Assembly (NCBI GenBank): GCA_963740185.1
Contig: CAVUDH010000001.1
Coordinates: forward strand, 386,839-450,838
Direction of reading: 5' to 3'
Origin: an uncultured Verrucomicrobiae bacterium
Lineage (GTDB): Bacteria > Verrucomicrobiota > Verrucomicrobiia > Chthoniobacterales > JAATET01
DNA: 64,000 nt
Part shown: positions 44,337 to 53,617 of the stretch, piece by piece
How positions within the stretch are numbered: position 1 is the stretch's first letter
How the letters are laid out: each line of letters starts with the position of its first letter
Program-made: the position numbers and the translations under genes
Notes under the pieces: model-generated
What the model saw: only the letters and a program-made list of their open reading frames with translations
What the model was told of the DNA's origin: nothing
Databases searched by the model: none

Positions 44337-45551
44337 ACCGAGAGCCTCCCCCACCAAAAACAAAGACCCCGCAACCAGAACATGGGGAGCACGCCCATCC
44401 TGGGCGTCGCGTCCGGCATCCTGCCGGACGCCAGTGACCCAACGCGGCGCAGCCGCCACTTTCAACGCGACATCCACCGTCGCCACCACCCGCCCCGGCA
44501 CGTCCGTCATCCCCAGGAATCCCCCCGGATCCTCCCCCCGCTCCGAGTCCACCGCAACGAACAAAAACTCCGCCGCGATCCCCGCCAACTCCCCCAGCAT
44601 CGCCGCGCAATCCTTGTCACCCAACGCGCCAAAGATCACCGGCACCCGCGCCGCGCCGTACTCCGCCCGCCACGTCGCGACCAACTGCCGCGCGCCCTGC
44701 ACGTTGTGCGCCCCATCGAGCACCACGTCCCCGACCCGCTGAAACCGCCCCGGCCACCGCACGTCCGAGATCCCCCGCCGCGCCGCCACCTCGTCCCCCG
44801 CCCAGCCCGCCGCGCGCAGAGCCGCCAGCGCCAACGCCGCGTTCCGCCGCTGGTGCCCACCAACCAATCCCACCGACCAATCCCCCGCGACCTCGCCGTC
44901 CACGAAATCCACTTCCGCTCCCACCCGCGCCGCCCGCTCCCGGATCACCCGTTCCACCTCCGGCTCCTGCCCCGCGCTCACCACCGGCACCCCCGGTTTG
45001 ATGATCCCCGCCTTCTCCCCCGCGATCTCCACGAGCGTCCCCCCCAGCCACCGCGCGTGATCCATCGCGACCGGCGTGATCACGCTCACCACCGGCTTCA
45101 CGATGTTCGTCGCATCCAGCCGCCCCCCCATGCCGGTCTCCAACGCGACCACGTCCACCCCCACTTCCGCGAACCGCATGATTGCCAACACCGTCGCCAG
45201 CTCGAAAAACGTCGGCGCGTGCGACCACCCATCCACCGCGTCGCGCAGCCGAGTCAATCCTGCCGCCACGTCCGCCTCCCCGATCCACTCTCCGTCCACC
45301 CGGATCCGCTCGCGGAAATTCACGAGGTGCGGTGACGTGTAGAGACCGACCCGCTGACCACCCGCCCGCAACACGGAGTCCAGCATCGCGGAGACCGACC
45401 CCTTCCCATTCGTCCCGGCGACGTGGATAAACTTCAGCCCGTCGTGCGGATTACCAACCGCCGCGAGCAGACGCTCCGTATTCTCCAGACCGAGCTTGAT
45501 CCCGAACCGCTGCGTCGAATCCAGCCAGTCCAGCGACTCGCCAAAGGTCAT
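44322..45551 (-). CDS. folC: Dihydrofolate synthase/folylpolyglutamate synthase
   Basis: HVAGTNGKGSV, YTSPHL..F.ERI, LETGMGGRLDATN. Confidence 0.88.
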   Translation of the reverse strand: MTFGESLDWLDSTQRFGIKLGLENTERLLAAVGNPHDGLKFIHVAGTNGKGSVSAMLDSVLRAGGQRVGLYTSPHLVNFRERIRVDGEWIGEADVAAGLTRLRDAVDGWSHAPTFFELATVLAIMRFAEVGVDVVALETGMGGRLDATNIVKPVVSVITPVAMDHARWLGGTLVEIAGEKAGIIKPGVPVVSAGQEPEVERVIRERAARVGAEVDFVDGEVAGDWSVGLVGGHQRRNAALALAALRAAGWAGDEVAARRGISDVRWPGRFQRVGDVVLDGAHNVQGARQLVATWRAEYGAARVPVIFGALGDKDCAAMLGELAGIAAEFLFVAVDSERGEDPGGFLGMTDVPGRVVATVDVALKVAAAPRWVTGVRQDAGRDAQDGRAPHVLVAGSLFLVGEALGLLTE

Positions 45552-46396
45552 TTTTTGCCGGCGGCGAAATACGTGATCAAAAGACCGAGCAGCTCACGCA
45601 TCTTCGCGCGCGGCGAAATGTGATCGACCAACCCGTGTTTCTCGAGAAATTCGGCGGTCTGGAATCCAGCCGGCAGATCCTGATGAGTTGTCTCCTTGAT
45701 CACCCGCGGCCCGGCAAACCCGACCATGCTCTTCGGCTCGGCCACGATCACGTCACCCAGCGACGCAAAGCTCGCGGTCACGCCCGCCATCGTCGGATTC
45801 GTCAGCACCGCGATGTAGGGCAGCCGCGCCTTCGCGTGCCTCGCCAGCGCCCCGCTCGTCTTCGCCATCTGCATCAAACTCAGAATCCCCTCGTACATCC
45901 GCGCCCCGCCCGAGGCACACACCACGATCACCGGCATTTTCTGGGCGGTCGCCAACTCGATGGCGCGTGTGATCTTCTCGCCGACGACCGAGCCCATCGA
46001 GGCCCCGAGAAAGGAAAAATCCATCACCGCCAAGGCAACCGGCGAGCCTTCGATCTCGGCCGTCCCCGTAATCACCGCGTCCTTCAGGCCCGTGCGTTCC
46101 TGGTACGTCTTCAGCCGCTCCTGATACGCCGCCACGCCGGTGAAACTCAGCGGATCAGCGGAGACCATCTCGGCATCCGTCTCGACGAAGCTCCCCACGT
46201 CGGTCAGCAACGCAACCCGGTCCCGGCACCCCATCGTGAAGTGATGCTCGCACTTCGGGCAAACGCGGTGATTCTCGGCCAGTGCCAGATTGTGAATCAC
46301 CTCCCCGCACGACGGGCATTTCGTCCAGAGTCCCTCGGGCATTTCGCGGCTCTTCCGATTGAGTATGTTGAGAACGGGTTTGCGAAAAATTGCCAT
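45548..46396 (-). CDS. accD: Acetyl-CoA carboxylase carboxyltransferase beta subunit
   Basis: N-terminal Zn ribbon CPSCGE....CPKC.HH and the carboxyltransferase core (..DFSFLGASMGSVVGEK..). Confidence 0.92.
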   Translation of the reverse strand: MAIFRKPVLNILNRKSREMPEGLWTKCPSCGEVIHNLALAENHRVCPKCEHHFTMGCRDRVALLTDVGSFVETDAEMVSADPLSFTGVAAYQERLKTYQERTGLKDAVITGTAEIEGSPVALAVMDFSFLGASMGSVVGEKITRAIELATAQKMPVIVVCASGGARMYEGILSLMQMAKTSGALARHAKARLPYIAVLTNPTMAGVTASFASLGDVIVAEPKSMVGFAGPRVIKETTHQDLPAGFQTAEFLEKHGLVDHISPRAKMRELLGLLITYFAAGKK

Positions 46397-46419
46397 AGGA
46401 AGATCGGTTCAGATTTGGG

Positions 46420-47160
46420 CTAACCTCGCGCCACGGTGATTGCGTTGACGGAGGCCGCCCCGGCCTCGACGAGGACGCGCGCGCACTCGTCGAGCGTCGA
46501 GCCCGTCGTCAGGATATCGTCCACCAGCAAAATGTGTCGGTCAGCCACCCGCGCATTCTGGCTCAGCTCGAACGCGTCGCGCAAGTTTTGCATCCGCCGC
46601 TTTCGGTCGAACCGCGTCTGCGTCACCGTGTAACGCCGCCTCCGCAACGCGCTCACCGTCGGCACGCCGCGCAGCCGCGTCACCCATTCCGCCAGCTCCT
46701 GCGCCTGATTAAACTGCCGCTCCCGCTCCCTCGTCGGGTGCAATGGCACCGGCACCAACCCATCGGGCTCGACGTCAGCCAGCCTCGAATCGTCCAGCGC
46801 CTCCGCCAACCAAGTCCCCAGCAACCGCCGCAACGACCGCTCACGACCGTATTTATAACGATGCATCAACTCCCGCACCGGCCCCACGCACCGCATCACC
46901 GCCACCCCGCTGTCGAAATGAAACGCGTGGTCCCGGCAATTCGGACACTCCAGCTCATCCACCATTCCATCAAACGGATGCGAACACGTCCCGCATCGAG
47001 GTAACTCCACGCGCCGCACCCCCGCCGCACACCGCTCGCAGATCAGCTCCCGCTCCCCCACCGCCCGGTCGCAAGCCGCGCAATGCGCGGGGTAAAACAA
47101 ACCCGTCAGCGCATCGAGCCACGGACGCACCGCACTCACCCGGAATTCCGCATTCCGCAT
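46420..47160 (-). CDS. comF: ComF-family phosphoribosyltransferase protein
   Basis: Cys-rich N-terminus (C..C....C..C) and the PRTase motif ILLVDDILTTGST. The start is either the ATG at 47160 or the GTG at 47139 (GTGA overlap with the upstream stop). Confidence 0.8.
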   Translation of the reverse strand: MRNAEFRVSAVRPWLDALTGLFYPAHCAACDRAVGERELICERCAAGVRRVELPRCGTCSHPFDGMVDELECPNCRDHAFHFDSGVAVMRCVGPVRELMHRYKYGRERSLRRLLGTWLAEALDDSRLADVEPDGLVPVPLHPTRERERQFNQAQELAEWVTRLRGVPTVSALRRRRYTVTQTRFDRKRRMQNLRDAFELSQNARVADRHILLVDDILTTGSTLDECARVLVEAGAASVNAITVARG

Positions 47161-48137
47161 TCCGCATTCCGCAATTTCCCAAGATACCAGGCAACCATCG
47201 CCGCCGTCAGCAGCAGCGCCACCAGCGGAACAACGCCAGTCGGGACCATTCCGCTCACCACGTTCGGCCCGATCCACGGCATCCAGGCGTCCGACGGCTT
47301 GATCCGAAATTTCGCGAAAAGGTTCAGCGACTGCTGACCCAGGATCCAACCCGCGTGCAGCCCGATCGGCAGCCACAACGAGTGCGTGCGCCGACAAGCC
47401 AGCGCCAGGATGATCCCAATCACGAAGAGCGTGACGCAACCCGCGAGAAAAATCCCCACAGTATCCACGCTCGAAAACGCCGATCCCAGCAGCTCGAACC
47501 CGCTCGTCCACCCGACGTCCTCCCGCGCGATCTTCCCACGCGGTTTGAAAAAGTGCACCAGCGCAAAGATCGCCGACACCGACAGGATGCCCGGCCATTT
47601 CCCGACGAACCGGATCGCCAACCCCAGCATCACGCCCCGGAAAATGAATTCCTCGAAGACCGACACCGCCGTCGCCGTCCCCAGAATCCGAATCAACGTC
47701 CCGAAGCCCGCGTCCTCCCGCACCTTGTAGACCTCCAGCGAGAGGTAGACCGCCGCCAGCGCCACCAGCGGCACGATCGCGCAGACCAGCCCGACCACGA
47801 CATCCCGCACTGCACGCCCGTTCCGCTCGATCCCCAATTCCCTCAGACTCCGGATGTGCAGCCACCACGCCGCCGGCACGATCAACACCAGCGCCGACAC
47901 CTGAGCGATCCGACCCCAGTAGCGAAAAAACGGAAACTTCTCCGCCGCCGGGATCCATCCCGAATCGGCCAGCGCCATTGCCGCCCAGTAAATTGGCGGC
48001 GACAACACGCACGCGATCAGAATCACCGTAACTACGAACAACAGTATTTTAGCGAAAGGATTCACAACCCCTCGACGCTTACACCCAAGGGGCGGACAGA
48101 GCGAATCATAGCCGACCCAGCCGGGCAACCGCAGCAT
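47136..48137 (-). CDS. CPBP-family (CAAX/Abi) intramembrane metalloprotease
   Basis: EEFIFRG and FALVH motifs in a polytopic protein. Start uncertain. Confidence 0.75.
   Translation of the reverse strand: MLRLPGWVGYDSLCPPLGCKRRGVVNPFAKILLFVVTVILIACVLSPPIYWAAMALADSGWIPAAEKFPFFRYWGRIAQVSALVLIVPAAWWLHIRSLRELGIERNGRAVRDVVVGLVCAIVPLVALAAVYLSLEVYKVREDAGFGTLIRILGTATAVSVFEEFIFRGVMLGLAIRFVGKWPGILSVSAIFALVHFFKPRGKIAREDVGWTSGFELLGSAFSSVDTVGIFLAGCVTLFVIGIILALACRRTHSLWLPIGLHAGWILGQQSLNLFAKFRIKPSDAWMPWIGPNVVSGMVPTGVVPLVALLLTAAMVAWYLGKLRNAECGMRNSG
47142..47177. repeat. Heptamer array (GCATTCC x3, flanked by GGAATTCC and GCAATTT)
   Basis: Covers the CPBP stop and the comF start. Translated as RNAECGMRN in both reading contexts. 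Confidence 0.85.
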
Positions 48138-48366
48138 CTCGAATCAGATCAGACGCCCAGGCCACCTCTTTCAGACGCCGTCCCAAGATCTCATCGGTGT
48201 TCGCGTTGGCCGCTGCCGCGCGGAGCGCCAGCGAACGCGCGTCGATCCTTTCGTGCGACTGCATCCCCCACCAATGCGACAGGGACAATCACTTGGCAAT
48301 CACCGACGTCACCGACGTCTCGAGTTGCGCTGACCGCACGACGAGCCAAAAGCCCGCTTCCTGCCT

Positions 48367-49152
48367 TCAGTCGAACCGCGCCGTCTTCTCCTGCGTCACG
48401 TAGGCCACCACGCTAAAGCGATCCCCGTCTGACTCCGACAGCACCAACGAAACGTAATACCAACCGGGCGGAGGCGGGTTCAGTTTCGCCGTATTCCGCA
48501 CGTCATTAAACACGTGGCCCGCATCCAATTGACCCTTTCGCACCTGGCCGACCTCCCAACCGTTGATCGCGCCCCCTCGATAAGGCGTCTCCGTCGCCCA
48601 GAGAGAAAGCTTCAACGTTCCCGTCTGCCCCCTCCGAGTGTGCGAGATCTTTTCGATCGCCATGTCGACCGTCCCCGCTTCGAGGTTCGTTCGCCAGCTC
48701 CACTTCCCGGACAGGTTGAACAACGGGGGCGGCGGCCCCAAAGTTCGCCGGTTGCTCAACGTGACGTGATCCACGATCGCGTAGCCCTGCGAGCGGTATT
48801 CCAACAGAACGAGATTGATGGAATACGAGCGGCGCACGTTCGGGCGGCTGACCTTCTCCGTTCGCACCAGGTTTTTGTAAAATTGCTGCGGCCCGAGCCC
48901 TTCCAACTTCCCCGTGCTCGCCAGTAGTGTCCCGCGAATCGTCCCGCCGCGATAGGGCGAATCCGTCGCCCAAAGCTGCATCTTCAACGACCCCGTCGCG
49001 TTCTCCGGGCTCGGGTTGAGCACCTTGCCCCCCTTGAGCACAACGGACGTGTCGTCATTGAAAAATTCCACCCCCGTCGAAGTGGCAAAATACGGATTCG
49101 CCATCGCGACCGAAGTCGTTAGCAAAAAGGTCGCGATCAGGTGTGCTTTCAT
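48367..49152 (-). CDS. Secreted protein with two tandem homologous domains
   Basis: Signal peptide MKAHLIATFLLTTSVAMA. Internal repeat GSLKMQLWATDSPYRGGTIRG... / GTLKLSLWATETPYRGGAING.... Last gene of the DUF4062 operon. Confidence 0.6.
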   Translation of the reverse strand: MKAHLIATFLLTTSVAMANPYFATSTGVEFFNDDTSVVLKGGKVLNPSPENATGSLKMQLWATDSPYRGGTIRGTLLASTGKLEGLGPQQFYKNLVRTEKVSRPNVRRSYSINLVLLEYRSQGYAIVDHVTLSNRRTLGPPPPLFNLSGKWSWRTNLEAGTVDMAIEKISHTRRGQTGTLKLSLWATETPYRGGAINGWEVGQVRKGQLDAGHVFNDVRNTAKLNPPPPGWYYVSLVLSESDGDRFSVVAYVTQEKTARFD

Positions 49153-49178
49153 AAATTTTCCGGAAAATCCCACCGCCC

Positions 49179-50384
49179 TCAATCCGCCCCGATCTTCTCG
49201 TAGATCGGCTGCGACCGCTCGGTCGCCTCCGCGAGGATCGCGTCCGTCGCCGCGTATTGCAGATCCTCGTTCGAATACTCCTCTCCATCCACGATCCAAC
49301 CGACCAACTTCTCGTTGTCGAAATTCATGATCTCCACCTGCTTCGCGACGCCCTCGATCCCCGTGTCCCGCCCCTCGCGCACCGTGAACGTCGAGACCAA
49401 CAACCCGTCCCTGAAGTAATAGATCACGTAGGTCTCGTTCTCCTCGTCCTTACTATCCACGTAGACCAACTGCTTGATTACGTAAGCTTCCACGTAGCCC
49501 ATGGCATTCAGCTTCCGCCCCGGCACTTCGCTGTCGCGGTGCACCTTCACCTTCCTCACGGTTTCCGACTCCAGCGCCGCGTCGATCTCCGCCCGCAGCG
49601 CCTTGAACGCCGCCGCGCTGTGGTCCTTCGACTTCGCATCATCGATCTCACCCGCCGCGGCACCCCCGCCGCCCGTCGCATTCGCGGAACCGAGCACCTT
49701 CGCCTCCGGCCCGTAGTCACCCCGACTCATCAACACATTCAGCGTGCCCTCCACCGACGGCGCATCCTCCGTCCACTCCATGTCCGGCCCGCCCCGCACC
49801 GGCACCTGCCCCAGATAATTGATCGTCACCTCGACCGGATCCGTGATCATCAATTCCCCACCCGGATCCACCACACTCCCCGGCGAAAAGGTGAAAACGT
49901 AATAGTCCGCGTGCTCCGTCCCCTTCGCCTCCTCCTGCGCTGTCGCCGCCTCGCTCAGCTGCTCATCGATGTCCGCCTGCGAACCGAATTCGCTGTCGGC
50001 CTCCACCAAAATCACCGCCGTCGACTCCCACTTTCCCCCGTAGAAAAACAACCCAAACCGCGCCCCCTCCTGATACGGCCCCCACAAAATATCCAGCGAT
50101 CCATGACTCATTCCCGGGAAATACGACTGAAAATTCTCCTCGGTTCCGAGCGTCAGCACCCGCTTGTTCGTCTCGAGGCCCACGATCGAATTCGAATCAT
50201 CCCCCTCCAGCACCACGACCATCTCCCCGTCGTCCGTCGCCGAGTCGTTGAAGATCAACCCCGACCCACCATCGAAGGTGATGCTTTCCACCGCTTCCCG
50301 AGCCAACCCGCTGCTCACCCCACCAACCAACAAAATCGCCGAACAAACCCAGCGCGAAATCAACGTCTCAATCTTCAACTTCAT
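49179..50384 (-). CDS. Secreted or membrane-anchored hypothetical protein (401 aa)
   Basis: N-terminal hydrophobic signal/anchor. Start overlaps the stop of the upstream gene (ATGA). Confidence 0.6.
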   Translation of the reverse strand: MKLKIETLISRWVCSAILLVGGVSSGLAREAVESITFDGGSGLIFNDSATDDGEMVVVLEGDDSNSIVGLETNKRVLTLGTEENFQSYFPGMSHGSLDILWGPYQEGARFGLFFYGGKWESTAVILVEADSEFGSQADIDEQLSEAATAQEEAKGTEHADYYVFTFSPGSVVDPGGELMITDPVEVTINYLGQVPVRGGPDMEWTEDAPSVEGTLNVLMSRGDYGPEAKVLGSANATGGGGAAAGEIDDAKSKDHSAAAFKALRAEIDAALESETVRKVKVHRDSEVPGRKLNAMGYVEAYVIKQLVYVDSKDEENETYVIYYFRDGLLVSTFTVREGRDTGIEGVAKQVEIMNFDNEKLVGWIVDGEEYSNEDLQYAATDAILAEATERSQPIYEKIGAD

Positions 50385-52543
50385 AAATTCTCTCCGCGCT
50401 CCTCCGCCAGCAATTGGTATTCCTCAAATCCAGCCTTCATCTCCTCCGGCGCGTCCTCCGACTCGTCGTAAACCCCGAGCGCCAGGCCACTCCATCGCCG
50501 AACCTCCACCCAGTCCTCCGCCCGCGCAAACGCCACGCACAGCGCGTCAACGCTCTTCAGCGTTCTCTCATCGGCCGCCCCGAGGCGCTGCTTCCGTGTC
50601 TCATAACTCGCTTCCAGCAGCGGCACCGCCAAATCTTCAAGACGATTTACGATGTAGTCGACCGCCAGAGAATATTGATCCGCAGCCACCGCCAGCGAAT
50701 CCGCGCCGAAAAGTCGCTCCGCCGTCGCGATCTTCTCCAGCATCGCCGCCTGATACGCCTCCGATTTCTCCTGCGCATCCAACACTCGCGCCAAATCTCC
50801 CATCGCATCCACGACCTGCTCCTGATCCGGACCAATCGTCGCAACCAAGATCTCCAGCTGCCGCCGTGTCAGAGCCTCAGACTCCTCGAAGCTTTCCTCC
50901 CGGCGAAGCCGCGACGCCACCGTTCCCATCAACATTGTCGCCATCCCGCTCTCCGAACCCAACGAAGACTCCGCATCCGCCAGCAACCCCCGATAATACG
51001 CCGTCGTTTCCCCCGAGTCTCCGTGATCCGCCAAGAACATCGCCAGACCCAACCGCGCGTCCAGCGTCGCCTCCGCCCCCGGGCCATTCACCTCCGTGCT
51101 CGTCGCAACTGCCTGCCGGATCACCGTCTCCGCTTCGTCCAACCGCCCCTGATCCGCCAGCGACTGAGCGTAGGTCCAGCGGGCGCTCAACGTCCGCTCA
51201 CTCCCCGCCCCCAGCCGCTCATCCAAAGCCGCGATCACCCGTAAAAACAGCGCGTCCGCCTCCTCGAATTCATCCGCCATTCGCCTGATCATCGCCAGAG
51301 TCCAAGCCGCATCCACCGTCTCCGGAGCATCCATTCCCAATTCCCTCTCCCGGACTTCCAGCACGTGCTGCCCCAACTCAATGCTCTCCCCCAGGCTCAC
51401 CGGCCGTTCCTTGGACAGTGCCAACATCAGTTCCAGGGTCGCCGGATGTTCGCGGCCCAATTCCGGATTCGCCTCCGCCCAATCGACTCCTTCTCGCAGA
51501 ATTTCAACCGGTTCCATCGACTTCCGATCCCACCGCCCGACCAGCTCTGCCAGCGTCACGACCGTTCCCGCCCATTCCACCGGCTGCTCGTCTCGGTCCA
51601 GCAACGCCAGCCGCTCCCGATAAGCCGCGATCGCCTCCGTGTTTCGACCCAGCGCCGCCTCCCCCTCCGCCAACCTCAGCAACGCCGCCACCTTCACCGC
51701 CGGATCCGTCGCCCCAGCCACCGCCGCCTCCGCCGCCCGAATCTCCTCCTCGACCGCCGCCCGAATCTCCTCCGGCGTCCGACCCGTTGCCTTGGCCACG
51801 TTGGCCTCCGCCCTAGCCACCACGTCAACACCCCCACCATCGATCGACTCCCGCAACCGAGCCTGCTCCGCCAGCAGCATCGCGATCAGCTCACTCTGCT
51901 CATCAAGTTTGCTCGTCGTCTCGGCAATCACCGCTTCCTGCGACTGGGTCTTCGAATACAGAAAAATTCCACCCGCCACCGCGACCAGCAACGCCACCGC
52001 CGACACCACCATCGTCATCCGTCGCCTCGCCCGTTCCTTCGCCAGCTCCTTCCGCAGCCCCTCCACGCTCAACTGCAGCTCCCGCGTCCGCGAATTCAGG
52101 TCCTCTCGCGTCTCAAACTCGTAATACAGCTCATCCCGCTCCAGCAACCTCGCCCGGTGCGCCAACTGCAACGCTTGCTTGTCCTCCGGCTCGGGCTCGT
52201 GCTCGTCGAAGGGATAATCCTTCCCGCACAAAAACACGTAGCACGGCAACCCCAGCTCCACCGCGATCTCGTATTCCAGCTGCGTGAAACTCCGCCGCTC
52301 CGGCGAGCCCTCCAGCACCGGCTGCGGCTCCGCCCCGTAGTAAAATCCCGCCAGGTGCACCACCGCGTTGCACGTCTCCAGCTTCGTGCGCAACATTTCC
52401 CGCACGCTCTTGTAGTCTGGCGGAAAATCGTCCTGCACGATCGGCAGACACTCCATCCGCCTCAGTCCCTCACTCACCAACCCCCGCGCCGTCCGCAAAT
52501 CCCGGCTCGTCGCACTGACAAAAATTCTTGGAACTGGCTGCAT
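50381..52543 (-). CDS. DUF4062 (TIR-like) - TM - TPR-array protein
   Basis: N-terminus IFVSATSRDL...R..V...L......P..QDDF......V...L..K.E.CNAVVHLAGFYYG....RSFTQLEYEIA...LPCYVFL fits my recollection of the DUF4062 pattern. One TM helix (MTMVVSAVALLVAVAGGIFLY) follows KERARRR. Then about 8 KLC-type TPRs (..LG..HP.TL..). Confidence 0.8.
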   Translation of the reverse strand: MQPVPRIFVSATSRDLRTARGLVSEGLRRMECLPIVQDDFPPDYKSVREMLRTKLETCNAVVHLAGFYYGAEPQPVLEGSPERRSFTQLEYEIAVELGLPCYVFLCGKDYPFDEHEPEPEDKQALQLAHRARLLERDELYYEFETREDLNSRTRELQLSVEGLRKELAKERARRRMTMVVSAVALLVAVAGGIFLYSKTQSQEAVIAETTSKLDEQSELIAMLLAEQARLRESIDGGGVDVVARAEANVAKATGRTPEEIRAAVEEEIRAAEAAVAGATDPAVKVAALLRLAEGEAALGRNTEAIAAYRERLALLDRDEQPVEWAGTVVTLAELVGRWDRKSMEPVEILREGVDWAEANPELGREHPATLELMLALSKERPVSLGESIELGQHVLEVRERELGMDAPETVDAAWTLAMIRRMADEFEEADALFLRVIAALDERLGAGSERTLSARWTYAQSLADQGRLDEAETVIRQAVATSTEVNGPGAEATLDARLGLAMFLADHGDSGETTAYYRGLLADAESSLGSESGMATMLMGTVASRLRREESFEESEALTRRQLEILVATIGPDQEQVVDAMGDLARVLDAQEKSEAYQAAMLEKIATAERLFGADSLAVAADQYSLAVDYIVNRLEDLAVPLLEASYETRKQRLGAADERTLKSVDALCVAFARAEDWVEVRRWSGLALGVYDESEDAPEEMKAGFEEYQLLAEERGENL

Positions 52544-52666
52544 TCGATTGGCAAATATTGGGTTGGCAATTAATCTCCGCGATCACCCTAAAAAACCTCA
52601 CCCCGCACGGTCAACCCTCACGATCCCGAGCCACATTCCCCTCGCCCGCCCCGCCCCTTTTGAGCT

Positions 52667-53584
52667 TTGCTGCCCCCCGTGAACGCAACCGACAGCTTCC
52701 TCAAAGCCCTCCACAAAATCACCGGCACCGGCCAATTCCACTCCACCGGCACCTCCCCCTTCTTCCTGCCCGGCATCCACCTCGAAGGCGTTGGTGAACT
52801 CGCCTTCCCGCTCCCCACCGCCCAGGCCGAAGCCCTCAAAACGCACGCCGAACCCGCCCCCTATGGCCAGGGCACCGCCACCATCCTCGACGAAACCGTC
52901 CGCAAATGCTGGCAACTCGACGCCGCCCACCTCTCATTTCAATCCCCCGAATGGCCCGAGTTCCTCGAACTCATCGCCACCCAGATCCGCGAAGACCTCG
53001 GCATCAAAGGCCGCATCTCCCTCCACCCCTACAAGCTCCTGCTCTACGGACCCGGCGGCCACTTCCGCGCCCACCGCGACACCGAAAAACTCGATTCCAT
53101 GATCGGCTCTCTCATCGTCGCGCTCCCCTCCGCGCACGACGGCGGCGAACTCCTCATCCGCCACGACGACCGGGAAGTCCTCGTCGACTTCAGCGACGAC
53201 ACCCGCCTTCGCACCTTTCAATACGCCGCCTTCTTCGCTGATTGCGAACACGAGGTCCGCCCCGTGCGATCCGGATACCGCTGCTGCCTCGCCTACGACC
53301 TCCGCCTCGACCACGGCAATCCCAGCCAACTCAACGTCCCCCTCACCCGGCAATCCCAGACGCTCACCGCCCCCGTCACCGCCCTCCGCGACGAGCGATC
53401 CGGCCAACTTTCCGTCGTCCCCCTCGAGCACCAATACACCCGGGCCAACCTCTCCTGGGCCGCGCTCAAAGGCAACGACGCCGTCAAAGGCCACGCCCTT
53501 TCCGCCGCCCTCCGATCCGCCGATTGTCACGTCCATCTCGCCCTCCTCACGCTTCACCAGATGGGCCAACTCGAAGACGGCTAA
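52667..53584 (+). CDS. 2OG-Fe(II) oxygenase (prolyl-hydroxylase-like) domain protein, N-terminal part, ends at an in-frame TAA
   Basis: HxD...H triad context: GGHFRAHRDTEK ... CEHEVRPVRSGYRCCLAYDL. TTG/GTG start is uncertain. Confidence 0.75.
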   Translation: MLPPVNATDSFLKALHKITGTGQFHSTGTSPFFLPGIHLEGVGELAFPLPTAQAEALKTHAEPAPYGQGTATILDETVRKCWQLDAAHLSFQSPEWPEFLELIATQIREDLGIKGRISLHPYKLLLYGPGGHFRAHRDTEKLDSMIGSLIVALPSAHDGGELLIRHDDREVLVDFSDDTRLRTFQYAAFFADCEHEVRPVRSGYRCCLAYDLRLDHGNPSQLNVPLTRQSQTLTAPVTALRDERSGQLSVVPLEHQYTRANLSWAALKGNDAVKGHALSAALRSADCHVHLALLTLHQMGQLEDG

Positions 53585-53617
53585 GGTCGATTCGAAGTCG
53601 ACGAAGACGACGCCACC

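Noticed and set aside
48106-48288. 60-aa ORF (MSLSHWWGMQSHERIDARSLALRAAAANANTDEILG...) between the CPBP gene and the DUF4062 operon.
   Set aside because: The HERIDARSLAL string vaguely recalls a conserved hypothetical family, but I cannot substantiate that. The ORF is short, overlaps the possible CPBP start and has no clear start context.
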